A stretch of DNA of 64,000 bases from Candidatus Omnitrophota bacterium (GCA_043805415.1 JAZDHZ010000002.1:15773-79772), one strand, 5' to 3'; counted from the first letter of the stretch, positions 30,425 to 40,785 are shown. A program made the numbers and translations. Notes: generated from the letters alone by a model not told the origin.

Positions 30425-31027
30425 ATGGCGCTCAAAGAATTTTTTGTGCGTAGAATTTTTTTAATTCAAAAAGACTTTCAATTAAAGTATGTAGGATTTT
30501 TAATCCTAACCATACTGGCGATTAGTGCTTTGGTTGTAATGACTGTGAATTTATCAGTCTGGGCTGCTTTGGAAAAAGGAGTAAGCGCGCAAGTTCAAGC
30601 AAGTATAGACCAGATTCTGCACAATATGAATGTGCTGTTTATGTTTGAAATTCCTATTGTTCTGATCATTTCTATATTTACTACGATTATTTTTTCCCAC
30701 AAAGTAGCTGGTCCAGTTTATCGTTTGCAGCAAGCAGCGATGCAAGTAGTCCGTGGGGATTTAACCAGTAATGTTCACTTGCGCCGGGATGATGAGTTGA
30801 AAAATCTTTCTTCCGCTTTTAATTCCGTTGTGGATAATATGCATTTATTGGTTGCCAAAGACCGCAAGTTGATTACCGCTTTATCGGCGATAACCGATAC
30901 CTTGTATACTAATCTAAAGGATAATAAGATTAGCCAGGAGGAAGCGCTGGTATTGATCAGAAAATTAAATGATCTTGTCGGAGAACTTAAAACCCTGATT
31001 ATGCAGTATAAGATAGAAAAGAGTTAA
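30425..31027 (+). CDS. standalone 2-TM + HAMP domain protein
   Basis: RBS ggagg; two TM helices; HAMP-like ...VAGPVYRLQQAAMQVVRGDLTSNVH...; no output domain. Confidence 0.5.
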   Translation: MALKEFFVRRIFLIQKDFQLKYVGFLILTILAISALVVMTVNLSVWAALEKGVSAQVQASIDQILHNMNVLFMFEIPIVLIISIFTTIIFSHKVAGPVYRLQQAAMQVVRGDLTSNVHLRRDDELKNLSSAFNSVVDNMHLLVAKDRKLITALSAITDTLYTNLKDNKISQEEALVLIRKLNDLVGELKTLIMQYKIEKS

Positions 31028-31031
31028 GAGC

Positions 31032-32078
31032 ATGGAAATTCTTGAGCTCATTCGCCTGTCAATCGAGAAAAACGCGTCAGATTTGCATCTTACTGTGGGG
31101 CTTCCTCCGATGATGAGAATCCATGGGAGATTGCTCGCTACCGAGACGGAAAGATTAACCAGTACTGATGTTGAGCAGTTGATTAATAAAATGCTTACTG
31201 ATGATCATAAGCTAAAACTTGAACAAGCAAGAAGCATTGATTTCACGTACAGCTATATAGCCCGGTTTAGAGTTAATGTTTATTATGAAAAAGGCTATCT
31301 GGCCGCGGCCCTGCGCTTTATTCCCTTTGAAATTCCCTCTTTGGAAAAACTGGGGGTACCGTTTATTGTTAGTGAATTAGCGAGAAAACAAAGAGGCTTG
31401 ATTTTAGTAACTGGGCCTACTGGTTCAGGAAAATCAACTACGCTCGCGGCAATGATTGATCTGGTGAATACAGAACAATCATGTCATATTATCACCATTG
31501 AAGATCCTATCGAGTATTTGCATCCGCATAAAAAAAGTATTGTTAACCAAAGAGAAGTGTATTCAGATACTCCATCATGTTCGCTGGCATTGCGTGACGC
31601 ATTGCGGGAAGACCCTGACGTAATTCTTGTTGGCGAAATGCGGGATCTGGAAACAATCTCAACAGCGATAACCGCCGCGGAAACCGGACATCTTGTATTT
31701 GCCACATTACATACCATTGATGCGGTGCAGACGATAGACCGAATAATTGATGTTTTTCCTGAAGGACAACAGTCACAGATCCGGTTACAGACTTCCTTGG
31801 CTTTGCAGGGAGTTATTTCGCAGCGTTTAATTCCAACCGCGGATGGAAAAGGCCGGGTCGCGGCTTTTGAGGCAATGAGTGTTACCCCGGCGGTCGCGAA
31901 TCTTATTCGTGAAAGAAAAACGCATCAGATATATTCTATGATCGAAACAGGATCAAAAGAGGGAATGTTAAGTATGAACCAGTCTTTAGCTGATTTATGT
32001 AAAGCTAGGTTAATCAGAATCGGAGACGCGATTACTTATTCTAATAAACCTGAACTTTTAAAAAGGATGCTACTCTAA
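31032..32078 (+). CDS. pilT: type IV pilus retraction ATPase PilT
   Basis: Walker A GPTGSGKST; Asp and His boxes; C-terminal AVANLIRE. Confidence 0.9.
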   Translation: MEILELIRLSIEKNASDLHLTVGLPPMMRIHGRLLATETERLTSTDVEQLINKMLTDDHKLKLEQARSIDFTYSYIARFRVNVYYEKGYLAAALRFIPFEIPSLEKLGVPFIVSELARKQRGLILVTGPTGSGKSTTLAAMIDLVNTEQSCHIITIEDPIEYLHPHKKSIVNQREVYSDTPSCSLALRDALREDPDVILVGEMRDLETISTAITAAETGHLVFATLHTIDAVQTIDRIIDVFPEGQQSQIRLQTSLALQGVISQRLIPTADGKGRVAAFEAMSVTPAVANLIRERKTHQIYSMIETGSKEGMLSMNQSLADLCKARLIRIGDAITYSNKPELLKRMLL

Positions 32079-32080
32079 TT

Positions 32081-33166
32081 ATGGAATTAAAAGAACTTTT
32101 ACAAATAACAACTCAGCGTAATGCTTCTGATTTACATATTGTTTGCGGCGTTGCTCCGGTATTACGGATTAACGGAGACCTTGATATTCTGGAAGCGGCA
32201 GGGAAAGTTATGCCTCAGGCAGCAAAGGATTATGCTTACCAAATGCTTAATGAGGATCAGATCAAAGAGTTTGAAAAAGAGAATGATCTTGATTTTTCTT
32301 TTGGCATTGCCGGGGTTGGGCGGTTTCGGGTTAATTTACACAAGCAGCGCGGGAGTATTGGGATTGCTTTTCGCCGTTTAGCTTCGGAAATTAAAAATGC
32401 CCAGCAGCTGGGTTTACCGGAAATTGTTAATGATTTTGCCATGCTGGAAAAAGGATTGGTTTTAGTTACCGGAGCAGCTGGCTCAGGCAAGTCAACAACA
32501 ATTGCGGCAATGATTGATTTGATTAATACCAAAAGAAAGGCGCATATCATAACCATCGAGGATCCGATTGAATATTTATACGCGCATAAAACAAGTATAA
32601 TTGAGCAAAGAGAAGTATCTTCAGACACCAAATCATTCAGCAGTGCTTTAAAATATGTATTAAGACAAGATCCGAATGTTATTTTAGTCGGAGAACTCAG
32701 GGATTTGGAAACAATTGCTCACGCGATAACCGCTGCCGAGACAGGCCATTTAGTATTAGCGACATTGCATACGACTGATGCGGTTCAAACCGTAGATCGT
32801 TTGATTGATGTTTTTCCTCCTTATCAGCAGCAGCAAGTCCGGATTCAGGTTTCGCTGGCTTTGCAGGGAGTTATTTGTCAGCAATTGATTATTAGTAAAG
32901 ACAAGCAAACACGGATTCCGATTATTGAAACAATGGTTGTTACTCCGGCAATAAGAAATCTGATTCGCGAGTCCAAAACTTTTCAGATTTATTCCTCCTT
33001 AGAAACCGGCTTAAAATTAGGCATGCAGAGTCTGGATATGGCTCTTGCCGAAGTGGTGCACAAAGGTTTAGTCCAGGAAGAAGACGCTTTTATCAAAGCC
33101 CGTGATCTTGAAGGCTTGAAACGGCGCTTAGCAAAATTAAAGGAGGCTTCTAGCCATGGCAGCTGA
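32081..33166 (+). CDS. second PilT paralogue (PilT/PilU-type)
   Basis: GAAGSGKST; AIRNLIRE; tandem to pilT. Confidence 0.85.
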   Translation: MELKELLQITTQRNASDLHIVCGVAPVLRINGDLDILEAAGKVMPQAAKDYAYQMLNEDQIKEFEKENDLDFSFGIAGVGRFRVNLHKQRGSIGIAFRRLASEIKNAQQLGLPEIVNDFAMLEKGLVLVTGAAGSGKSTTIAAMIDLINTKRKAHIITIEDPIEYLYAHKTSIIEQREVSSDTKSFSSALKYVLRQDPNVILVGELRDLETIAHAITAAETGHLVLATLHTTDAVQTVDRLIDVFPPYQQQQVRIQVSLALQGVICQQLIISKDKQTRIPIIETMVVTPAIRNLIRESKTFQIYSSLETGLKLGMQSLDMALAEVVHKGLVQEEDAFIKARDLEGLKRRLAKLKEASSHGS

Positions 33167-34853
33167 TAAGGTAAGGAAAAAGCTGCTGGGTGAGTATCTG
33201 GTTGATCAAGGCTTAGTCTCTGAGGATCAAATCATCAGAGCTTTGGATGAACAGAAAAAAGCCGGCTCGCGTTTAGGTCAAACTTTAATTGATCTTGGTT
33301 TTCTTAGCGAAGAAGAGATGATCATTGCTTTAGCCAAACAGCTTGATCTTGCCCATATTGATATTTTAAATTATACTTTAAAATCAGATGTGGTTAATCT
33401 GATTCCTGAAAAAATAGCCCGGCGTTATGAATTGATTGCCTTGGATAAAATGGGGGATAGCCTTACTATTGCCATGGCTGATCCGCTTAATGTTTTTGCC
33501 ATTGATGAGGTTTCGCAATTAACCCGATCGCGGATTGATCCAGTGATTTGTTCCAGAACTAAATTGCTTAAAATATTTGATAAAGCTTATAATCAAAGTA
33601 TATCTGATACTCCTGAAAGTATTGTCTCAACTGATAAATATACTCGGCATCAAGCTGAAGATAAAGAAGGCGCTTCTTTAGGCGGGGCTGAGATTATTGA
33701 TCTGGTTAATGAAATTCTCCAAATGTCGGTTAGCGCTCGGGCAACTGATATCCATATTGAGCCGGATGAAGAGGAAATTCGGATCCGCTGCCGGATTGAC
33801 GGCTTACTTACTGAGATGAAAAATTATCCCAAAGAAGTGCAGCTACCGATAATTTCCCGGATAAAAGTTTTATCCGGGCTTGATATTTCCGAAAAAAGAA
33901 TTCCTCAGGATGGAAGATTTAAGTTTTTGTTTGAAGAAAGAGAAATCGATTTGCGGGTATCTACTTTGCCCACAGTTTTAGGGGAAAAAATAGTTTTGCG
34001 TGTTTTAGATAAGTCCATGGTTGTTATGGACATGAATAAATTGGGGTTTTTACCGGAAAATCTGGAGCAATTACAGGATTTGATCCATCGGCCTTATGGA
34101 ATGTTATTGGTAACTGGCCCGACATCCAGCGGAAAAACAACAACTTTATATTCCGCTTTAAACACCATCAACACAATTGAGAAAAATATACTTACTGTCG
34201 AGGACCCGGTTGAATATAGACTTAAAATGATCAATCAAGTGCAGATCAATCCTCGGGCAGGATTAACTTTTGCTGCTGGTTTGCGTAGTTTTTTACGGCA
34301 AGATCCGAATGTAATTATGATTGGAGAAATCAGAGATCTGGAAACAGCGGAAATTGCCGTGCAGTCAGCTCTGACCGGGCATCTTGTTCTAAGCACGATT
34401 CACACCAATAATGCGCCTTCAACAATTAACCGTCTAATCGACATGAAAATTGATGCTTTTCTCGTTGCTTCGGCTGTAACCGGGGTACTTGCCCAAAGGC
34501 TTATCAGAACGATTTGTCCGGGATGTAAACAGCCGTTTACCCCGGATGCGGGGGTTGTCCAGGGCTTGAATTTACCGGTTAGTGAAAAAGGTTATACTTT
34601 TTATAAGGGGATCGGCTGTGATGCCTGTGGGGGAACAGGCTACAAAGGCAGAATCGGCATATATGAGATGATGATTATCAATAATTCTATACGCGAATTG
34701 ATTTTAAGACACGCGTCTACTGATGAGCTAACCCAAACAGCTAAAAAAAACGGGATGAAAACTTTAAGGGAAGATGGTTTTCAAAAAGTATTAAACGGAG
34801 TTACAACAGTTGAAGAAGTTCTCCGGGCAACTGCTGAAGAAGCCAAAGGATAG
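33156..34853 (+). CDS. pilB: type IV pilus assembly ATPase PilB (GspE family)
   Basis: N-terminal GSPII_E domain; GPTSSGKTTT; tetracysteine CPGC...CDAC. Confidence 0.9.
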   Translation: MAADKVRKKLLGEYLVDQGLVSEDQIIRALDEQKKAGSRLGQTLIDLGFLSEEEMIIALAKQLDLAHIDILNYTLKSDVVNLIPEKIARRYELIALDKMGDSLTIAMADPLNVFAIDEVSQLTRSRIDPVICSRTKLLKIFDKAYNQSISDTPESIVSTDKYTRHQAEDKEGASLGGAEIIDLVNEILQMSVSARATDIHIEPDEEEIRIRCRIDGLLTEMKNYPKEVQLPIISRIKVLSGLDISEKRIPQDGRFKFLFEEREIDLRVSTLPTVLGEKIVLRVLDKSMVVMDMNKLGFLPENLEQLQDLIHRPYGMLLVTGPTSSGKTTTLYSALNTINTIEKNILTVEDPVEYRLKMINQVQINPRAGLTFAAGLRSFLRQDPNVIMIGEIRDLETAEIAVQSALTGHLVLSTIHTNNAPSTINRLIDMKIDAFLVASAVTGVLAQRLIRTICPGCKQPFTPDAGVVQGLNLPVSEKGYTFYKGIGCDACGGTGYKGRIGIYEMMIINNSIRELILRHASTDELTQTAKKNGMKTLREDGFQKVLNGVTTVEEVLRATAEEAKG

Positions 34854-34862
34854 GATACGGAT

Positions 34863-36311
34863 ATGCTAAGAACCAGCTCACTTAAAAAAAGAGTGAGAAC
34901 CAACCTGATGATTGCCATTCCGCTTTTGATTGTAATTCTTGTTTTTGGCGCGCAAATTTTCTCCTATTATATTGTCCAGGGCAATGTGAAAAACCTAGTT
35001 GATGATTCTCACGATGCGGAGGTTTTTAATAAAGTTATTTTTATTCTGGGAAAACAAATTTGGGTAGCTTCTATAGTTGCCGGTATATTCGGGATAATCC
35101 TTGCTTACGCGATTACCATACCGATAAAACGGCTGACATCAAGCGCTCTGCAGGTTGCCACAGGTGATTTATCGAGAACTGTGCACATTAATACTGAAGA
35201 TGAAATCGGCGCTTTAGGTAAGTCGTTTAATGCCATGGTGTCATCTTTAAATGAACATATAATTGACAGCATGACTGGAGGGGTTATTACGATCAATATG
35301 AAAGCAATGATCGCAACCTTCAATCGTTCGGCTGAGCTAATATTGGGTTATGATTCTGAGGAAATTGTCGGTAAATCCGTGTTTGAGGTTTTTCCTTTGG
35401 ATAGTAAAAATTCTGATTTAAGTACGATTATAAAAGATACGCTTGAGCAAAAACAGACAAGTTCCTCCCGGGAAATTAATATTTATTCTCTGGCTGGCAA
35501 AAAGATTCCGATTGGGATAACAACCTCGCTGTTAAGGGATAAGAAAAATACTTTTTTGGGCATAGTAGTTACGTTTAAAGATTTAGAACACATAAAACAT
35601 CTGGAAGAACAGATGCGCAGGGCTGATCGTTTGGCGGCTGTGGGCAGTCTTGCTGCCGGCATAGCGCATGAGATCAGAAATCCTTTGGGTTCGATTAAAG
35701 GGCTGGTGCAGCTGCTGGCAGAGGATTTAAAAGAAGATGATAATAAAATCGCGTACACTAAAGTAATTGTCAAAGAAGTTGATCGCTTAAATAAAGTTGT
35801 GGAAGAGCTTTTAAGCTTTGCCCGTCCTGATGATTCTGAGCTTGAAGTAAATTTTTCCGAACTTAATCTAAATGAAGTTATTGATCAAACATTGCTTTTA
35901 GCCGCGCATGACAGCAAAAAAGAAAAAATTGAAATTATTAAGGAATACGCGGATAATCTGCCTTTGATTTTAGCGGATGCGAAAAAACTGCAGCAGGCAT
36001 TTCTAAATTTAATAATGAATGCTTTTTCCGCCATGGAAAATGTGGGCAACCTGACGATTAAAACTGAATATAAACCGGAATCAAAAGTGGCAAAAGTAAC
36101 ATTTGCTGACACCGGAATAGGGATAGAGTCTAATAATTTAGCAAAAATATTCGATCCGTTTTTTACAGCCAAGCAGGGGGGGACGGGTTTGGGTTTAACA
36201 ATTACCCATCAGATCATAGCAACGCATAAAGGCAGGATTGATGTGGAAAGTAAAATAGATAAAGGTACAAAATTTATCATTAGTTTTCCCGTTAAACAGT
36301 TAAAAGGATAA
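34863..36311 (+). CDS. sensor histidine kinase (TM-HAMP-PAS-HisKA-HATPase), PilS-like
   Basis: H-box GIAHEIRNPL; N/G boxes; directly upstream of a sigma54 regulator. Confidence 0.8.
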   Translation: MLRTSSLKKRVRTNLMIAIPLLIVILVFGAQIFSYYIVQGNVKNLVDDSHDAEVFNKVIFILGKQIWVASIVAGIFGIILAYAITIPIKRLTSSALQVATGDLSRTVHINTEDEIGALGKSFNAMVSSLNEHIIDSMTGGVITINMKAMIATFNRSAELILGYDSEEIVGKSVFEVFPLDSKNSDLSTIIKDTLEQKQTSSSREINIYSLAGKKIPIGITTSLLRDKKNTFLGIVVTFKDLEHIKHLEEQMRRADRLAAVGSLAAGIAHEIRNPLGSIKGLVQLLAEDLKEDDNKIAYTKVIVKEVDRLNKVVEELLSFARPDDSELEVNFSELNLNEVIDQTLLLAAHDSKKEKIEIIKEYADNLPLILADAKKLQQAFLNLIMNAFSAMENVGNLTIKTEYKPESKVAKVTFADTGIGIESNNLAKIFDPFFTAKQGGTGLGLTITHQIIATHKGRIDVESKIDKGTKFIISFPVKQLKG

Positions 36312-36313
36312 AC

Positions 36314-37705
36314 ATGGCTGCAAAAATCTTAGTTGTTGATGATGATCAAAGTTTTCGCTTTTTGCTTGAGGAAGCGCTGAAGAAAGAAGGCTATAATGTT
36401 GTTTCAGCCGCCTCAGGAGAAGAAGCGCTTGAGCTTTTTCAGCCGGATAAATATGATCTGATTACTTTGGATGTTAAAATGCCGGGAATTGACGGGTTTG
36501 AAGTTTTGTCGAGGATAAAAAAAATAAGTCCGCTTCAGCAAATTGTAATTATAACTGCTTATGGCGCGCAGAAAATCGCGATCGAGGCTGTGAAAAAAGG
36601 CGCGTATGATTATTTTACCAAACCGTTTGATCTTGATGAATTGCGTTTGATCATCAGCCGATCTCTGGAGTGTTCCAGACTCAATCGCGAGAACAGGCAG
36701 TTAAAAGACGAATTGCATAAGCGTTATGACTTTGATGAGATAATCGGCAATAGCGGCAAAATGCTGGAAGTTTTTGAGATAATGAAAAAGATCTCCGGTA
36801 CTGAAGTGACGGTTTTAATCCAAGGGGAAAGCGGGACAGGCAAAGAACTTGCCGCTCGAGCAATCCATTTTAATAGTTTACGCAAAAATAATCCTTTTAT
36901 TAAAACAAACTGCGCGGCAATTCCTGACGGTCTTTTAGAAAGTGAATTATTCGGACATGAAAAAGGGGCATTTACAGATGCTTCGGCAAAGAAGATCGGC
37001 AGATTTGAAGCGGCAAACACCGGGACAATTTTTCTTGATGAAATCGGCGATATGAGTCTGGCCACACAAGCAAAAGTATTAAGAGCTTTGCAGGAAAAAG
37101 AATTTGAAAGAGTTGGCTCAACGCAATCAATTAGAGTTGATGTGCGGATTATCGCGGCGACAAATAAGGATTTATTTCGGGCGGTAAAAGAAGGAGAATT
37201 CAGAGAAGATCTGTATTATCGGATCAATGTGGTTAATCTGCAATTGCCGACCCTGCGCCAGAGACGTGAGGACATCCCTTTATTATTTGAGCACTTTATG
37301 CATAAATTTAATCAGGAATTCAATAAAGCAATCAAACATATTTCTTTGGAAGCTTTGGAGCTTTTGATGAAGTATTCATGGCCGGGGAATATTCGGGAAT
37401 TGGAAAATGTTTTACAGCGGGCGATTGTTTTGGCGGAAAAGGATATAATTACAAAACAAGATTTGCCGTTTTATATCCAATGTCTTGATAATGAAATAAA
37501 AATCGAAACAGAATCAGTTGATTTTTCTAAGTCCTTAATTGAAACAGTTAAAGATATTGTTGATGATGTGGAAAAACAAATAATCATTAAGGCCTTAAAA
37601 AAAACTAATTGGAATAGAACTGAGGCTTCTCGGCTTTTAAAAATAAGCCGAAAGAGCTTATTTAATAAAATGAAAAGATGTAATTTATTAGCAGAAGAGG
37701 AATAA
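36314..37705 (+). CDS. sigma54-dependent response regulator (NtrC family), PilR-like
   Basis: REC domain (VDDD...D); GESGTGKE; GAFTDA; C-terminal HTH. Confidence 0.85.
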   Translation: MAAKILVVDDDQSFRFLLEEALKKEGYNVVSAASGEEALELFQPDKYDLITLDVKMPGIDGFEVLSRIKKISPLQQIVIITAYGAQKIAIEAVKKGAYDYFTKPFDLDELRLIISRSLECSRLNRENRQLKDELHKRYDFDEIIGNSGKMLEVFEIMKKISGTEVTVLIQGESGTGKELAARAIHFNSLRKNNPFIKTNCAAIPDGLLESELFGHEKGAFTDASAKKIGRFEAANTGTIFLDEIGDMSLATQAKVLRALQEKEFERVGSTQSIRVDVRIIAATNKDLFRAVKEGEFREDLYYRINVVNLQLPTLRQRREDIPLLFEHFMHKFNQEFNKAIKHISLEALELLMKYSWPGNIRELENVLQRAIVLAEKDIITKQDLPFYIQCLDNEIKIETESVDFSKSLIETVKDIVDDVEKQIIIKALKKTNWNRTEASRLLKISRKSLFNKMKRCNLLAEEE

Positions 37706-37708
37706 ACC

Positions 37709-38926
37709 ATGCCTGTATTTAATTATAAAGCGCGGGATACGGCCGGAAAACTGCTCAGCGGCAAATTGGACGCTCCTAATCGGAGTATTGTTGCTGATAA
37801 GCTGAGGCAGACGGGGTACTTTGTTGTATCAATAAATGAAGAACGTAACCAGCAAAACGCTTTAGAAGTGGATATTTTTGAAAAGTTTGCTCGAGTTGGG
37901 GCCCGGGATCTGGTTATTTTTAATAATCAGCTGGCGACAATGATCGGCTCAGGATTAACTTTAGTTACAAGTTTAAATGTTCTTTCGCAGCAAGTTGAAA
38001 ATAAAAAACTTCAGGAAGTAATTATTAAAGTTCGCGATGATGTTGAGTCAGGGATATCTTTTTCTTCGGCTTTAGAAAAGCATCCAAAAGTTTTTTCCAC
38101 ACTATTTGTCAATATGATAAATGCCGGGGAAACCGGAGGAGCATTAGAGGAAATCCTGCGCCGTTTAGCTCTCTTTGCCGAGCAGAGCGAAGAAATTAGT
38201 ATGAATGTTAAAACCGCGCTTACTTATCCGGTTTTAATTGTTCTGGTTACAACCGGAGTAGTTTTATTTCTGGTAATGGGGGTTTTTCCTAAGTTTGAAA
38301 TATTATTTAAATCAATGGACGTTGCTTTGCCTTTACCTACACAGATTCTATTAACGATTAGCCATTGGTTGCGGGAAAAATGGTATTTTATTGTCGCAAC
38401 ACTTTTTGGTCTGATTGTATTTTTTTTAAGATACAGAAAAACTCCGGCCGGCAAGTACAATATTGAGCTTTTTATCCTGAGAATTCCAGTGTTTGGCACG
38501 ATTATTAAAAAAGCCGGTATTTCGCGTTTTGCCCGCACTCTGGGAACGCTGATTAATAGCGGGGTGCCTATTTTGCAGTCTTTAAGAATTGTGGAAACAA
38601 CTGTGGGCAATGCGGCGATTGCTAAAATAGTTAGTATTGTAGCAGATAATGTAAATCGCGGGGAAAGCATGGCCAGTCCTTTGCGGGATAATAAAATCTT
38701 TCCTCCAATGGTAGGGCATATGGTCTCTATTGGGGAAGAGTCCGGTACTTTAGATACAATTTTAAATAAAATTGCTGATTTTTATGATAGTGAAGTGGAT
38801 AGCACAGTAAAAAGGTTAAGCTCGATTATTGAGCCTGTTTTGCTGATTTTTATTGGAGGAATAGTTGGGATGATCGCGCTTTCTTTGTTTTTACCGATGT
38901 TTGATCTGGTTAAGGTTATTAAATAA
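37709..38926 (+). CDS. pilC: type IV pilus platform protein PilC (GspF family)
   Basis: Two GspF repeats with 3 TM segments. Confidence 0.9.
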   Translation: MPVFNYKARDTAGKLLSGKLDAPNRSIVADKLRQTGYFVVSINEERNQQNALEVDIFEKFARVGARDLVIFNNQLATMIGSGLTLVTSLNVLSQQVENKKLQEVIIKVRDDVESGISFSSALEKHPKVFSTLFVNMINAGETGGALEEILRRLALFAEQSEEISMNVKTALTYPVLIVLVTTGVVLFLVMGVFPKFEILFKSMDVALPLPTQILLTISHWLREKWYFIVATLFGLIVFFLRYRKTPAGKYNIELFILRIPVFGTIIKKAGISRFARTLGTLINSGVPILQSLRIVETTVGNAAIAKIVSIVADNVNRGESMASPLRDNKIFPPMVGHMVSIGEESGTLDTILNKIADFYDSEVDSTVKRLSSIIEPVLLIFIGGIVGMIALSLFLPMFDLVKVIK

Positions 38927-39050
38927 GAAAAAAGCCGGTTTTTGAGTAAAGCTTTACTCAAAAGGCTTAAATTGAGCATGATTATACTCATAAGAGTTTA
39001 GTTTTGCTATCTAGTTTTTAGTTTTATTGACGAGAAAAAAGTACAAAAAT

Positions 39051-39066
39051 TGGCATGTTATTTGCT
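39051..39066 (+). promoter_or_regulatory. sigma54 (-24/-12) promoter TGGCAT-N5-TTGCT upstream of the pilin genes
   Basis: tGGcatgttatTTGCt matches the TGGCAC-N5-TTGCW consensus spacing. Confidence 0.55.
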
Positions 39067-39135
39067 TAACAATAAGTTAAGAGAACATATTTCTTGACAA
39101 AATCAAGCAGATATTATATAAAAAGGAGGGAACAG

Positions 39136-39516
39136 GTGAAAACAAAAGGCTTTACGCTTATTGAACTGCTGATTGTTATCGCCATTTTGGGTATTTTAGT
39201 TTCCCTTATCCTGCCTCGCTTTGCTGATGTTCGCGAAGACGCGAATACAAAGGTTTGTGTTGCGAATATGCGAGGATTGGTTTCAGCAATGTCGATCTAT
39301 GAAACTCGGCAGAATAATGATGCCAATTGGGGAACTGCACCGTATACTGTAGCTAATTTAGTTATTTGGGGTTATATTGCTGCTGAACCGCGATGTCCCT
39401 ATGAAAATGGTAAAAGTTCTCCAAAGAGTTATACTTTAGTACCCAGTGGGGGTGGATTACCTGACCGGGCTAGTTGTCCAAATATCGGTAGCTATGCAGA
39501 CCATGTATGGCCATAA
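39136..39516 (+). CDS. type IVa pilin (prepilin, N-methylation motif)
   Basis: GTG start after RBS aaaggaggg; leader MKTKG|FTLIELLIVIAILG; C-terminal disulfide loop; ends DHVWP. Confidence 0.85.
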   Translation: MKTKGFTLIELLIVIAILGILVSLILPRFADVREDANTKVCVANMRGLVSAMSIYETRQNNDANWGTAPYTVANLVIWGYIAAEPRCPYENGKSSPKSYTLVPSGGGLPDRASCPNIGSYADHVWP

Positions 39517-39552
39517 TTATTAAACAGTTAAAAACAGAGGGGGTGAATGGTA

Positions 39553-39951
39553 ATGAATAGAAAAGGTTTTACATTAATTGAACTTCTGATCGTAATCGCG
39601 ATACTAGGTATTCTGGTAGCTCTTATATTACCTAGATTTGCGGATGTACGTGAAGATGCGAATACAAAAGTTTGTATCGCAAACTTGCGGGGTTTGGCTT
39701 CAGCAATGGCTACTTATGAAGCTAAAGAAAATACAAGTGCTCCATGGAATACAGCGGGTTTTCTGACTGCTGATCTTGTTACTATGCAGTATATCGCGGC
39801 TGAGCCGTTTTGCCCATATGAAGCAGGCAAGACAACACCGGTTGCTTATACGCTTGTAGTAAGTACAGCCACTACACCTGATTTAGCTACTTGTCCTAAT
39901 GGCCCTTCGCCTTCGGGTAATAATGATTATCCAGACCACGTTTGGCCGTAA
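39553..39951 (+). CDS. type IVa pilin, paralogue
   Basis: MNRKG|FTLIELLIVIAILG; ~60% identical to the upstream pilin; ends DHVWP. Confidence 0.85.
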   Translation: MNRKGFTLIELLIVIAILGILVALILPRFADVREDANTKVCIANLRGLASAMATYEAKENTSAPWNTAGFLTADLVTMQYIAAEPFCPYEAGKTTPVAYTLVVSTATTPDLATCPNGPSPSGNNDYPDHVWP

Positions 39952-39982
39952 TAAATGGTTTTTAGTATTTGGCTGAAGTTTA

Positions 39983-40020
39983 AAAGTGGACGGCATCTTA
40001 TTGTCGTCCACTTTTATTTT
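39983..40020 (+). terminator. Rho-independent terminator after the pilin genes (10-bp stem AAAGTGGACG/CGTCCACTTT + T-tract)
   Basis: Hairpin with a 12-nt loop followed by ttttatttt. Confidence 0.6.
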
Positions 40021-40056
40021 AAATTCCTAAGCAATATGAAAAATTAAGGAATAAAA

Positions 40057-40785
40057 ATGCATCGTTTTTATCTTGATTCTGTTGATCTTAAAACAAAAAA
40101 AGCTTTTATCTTAGCTGATGAGGCCAAACACGCTTATAAAGTACTGCGGCTTAAAAAAAATGACCAAGTTATTGCTTTTGATGGAAAAGGCAATCAGTAT
40201 ACTGGTATTTTAGAATCAATTAATCCCCGAGAAGCTGTGATTGAAATTCAAAACATTGTACATCTTGAACCGCGGCTGCCGAAAATTACCTTAGCCGCAG
40301 CGATTCCCAAACAATCTAAGTTTGATGCGATTGTCGATAAATCCACACAGCTTGGGGTGGATATAATTATTCCCTTATTAACCGAAAGAACAATCGTAAA
40401 GCCCGGATTATTAAACCAGGAAGATAAAATTAAGCGTTGGCAGAAAATCGCGATCGAAGCAGCCAAACAATGCGGTCGCGTATATGTTCCCCAAATTGCT
40501 CCGCTGCATAAATTTGCGCGAATAGCTGAAAATGCGGATAAATTTGATTTATGTCTGATCGCGGCTTTGGATCAGAATACAGTTGTTTTAAAAGATGTTT
40601 TAAAAAATAGAAAACCCAAAAATGTTTTGGTTTTAATTGGTCCAGAAGGAGATTTTACTTCTGAGGAAGTAGAATCTGCTCGCAATTTCAGCGCGATTGC
40701 TGTATCATTAGGACCAAATGTTTTAAGGTGTGAAACAGCGGTTACTATGTTATTATCGGTTTTAAATTATGAATGGAAAACATAA
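40057..40785 (+). CDS. rsmE: 16S rRNA (uracil1498-N3)-methyltransferase
   Basis: RsmE-typical N-terminus and C-terminal GPEGDF...LGP. Confidence 0.85.
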   Translation: MHRFYLDSVDLKTKKAFILADEAKHAYKVLRLKKNDQVIAFDGKGNQYTGILESINPREAVIEIQNIVHLEPRLPKITLAAAIPKQSKFDAIVDKSTQLGVDIIIPLLTERTIVKPGLLNQEDKIKRWQKIAIEAAKQCGRVYVPQIAPLHKFARIAENADKFDLCLIAALDQNTVVLKDVLKNRKPKNVLVLIGPEGDFTSEEVESARNFSAIAVSLGPNVLRCETAVTMLLSVLNYEWKT

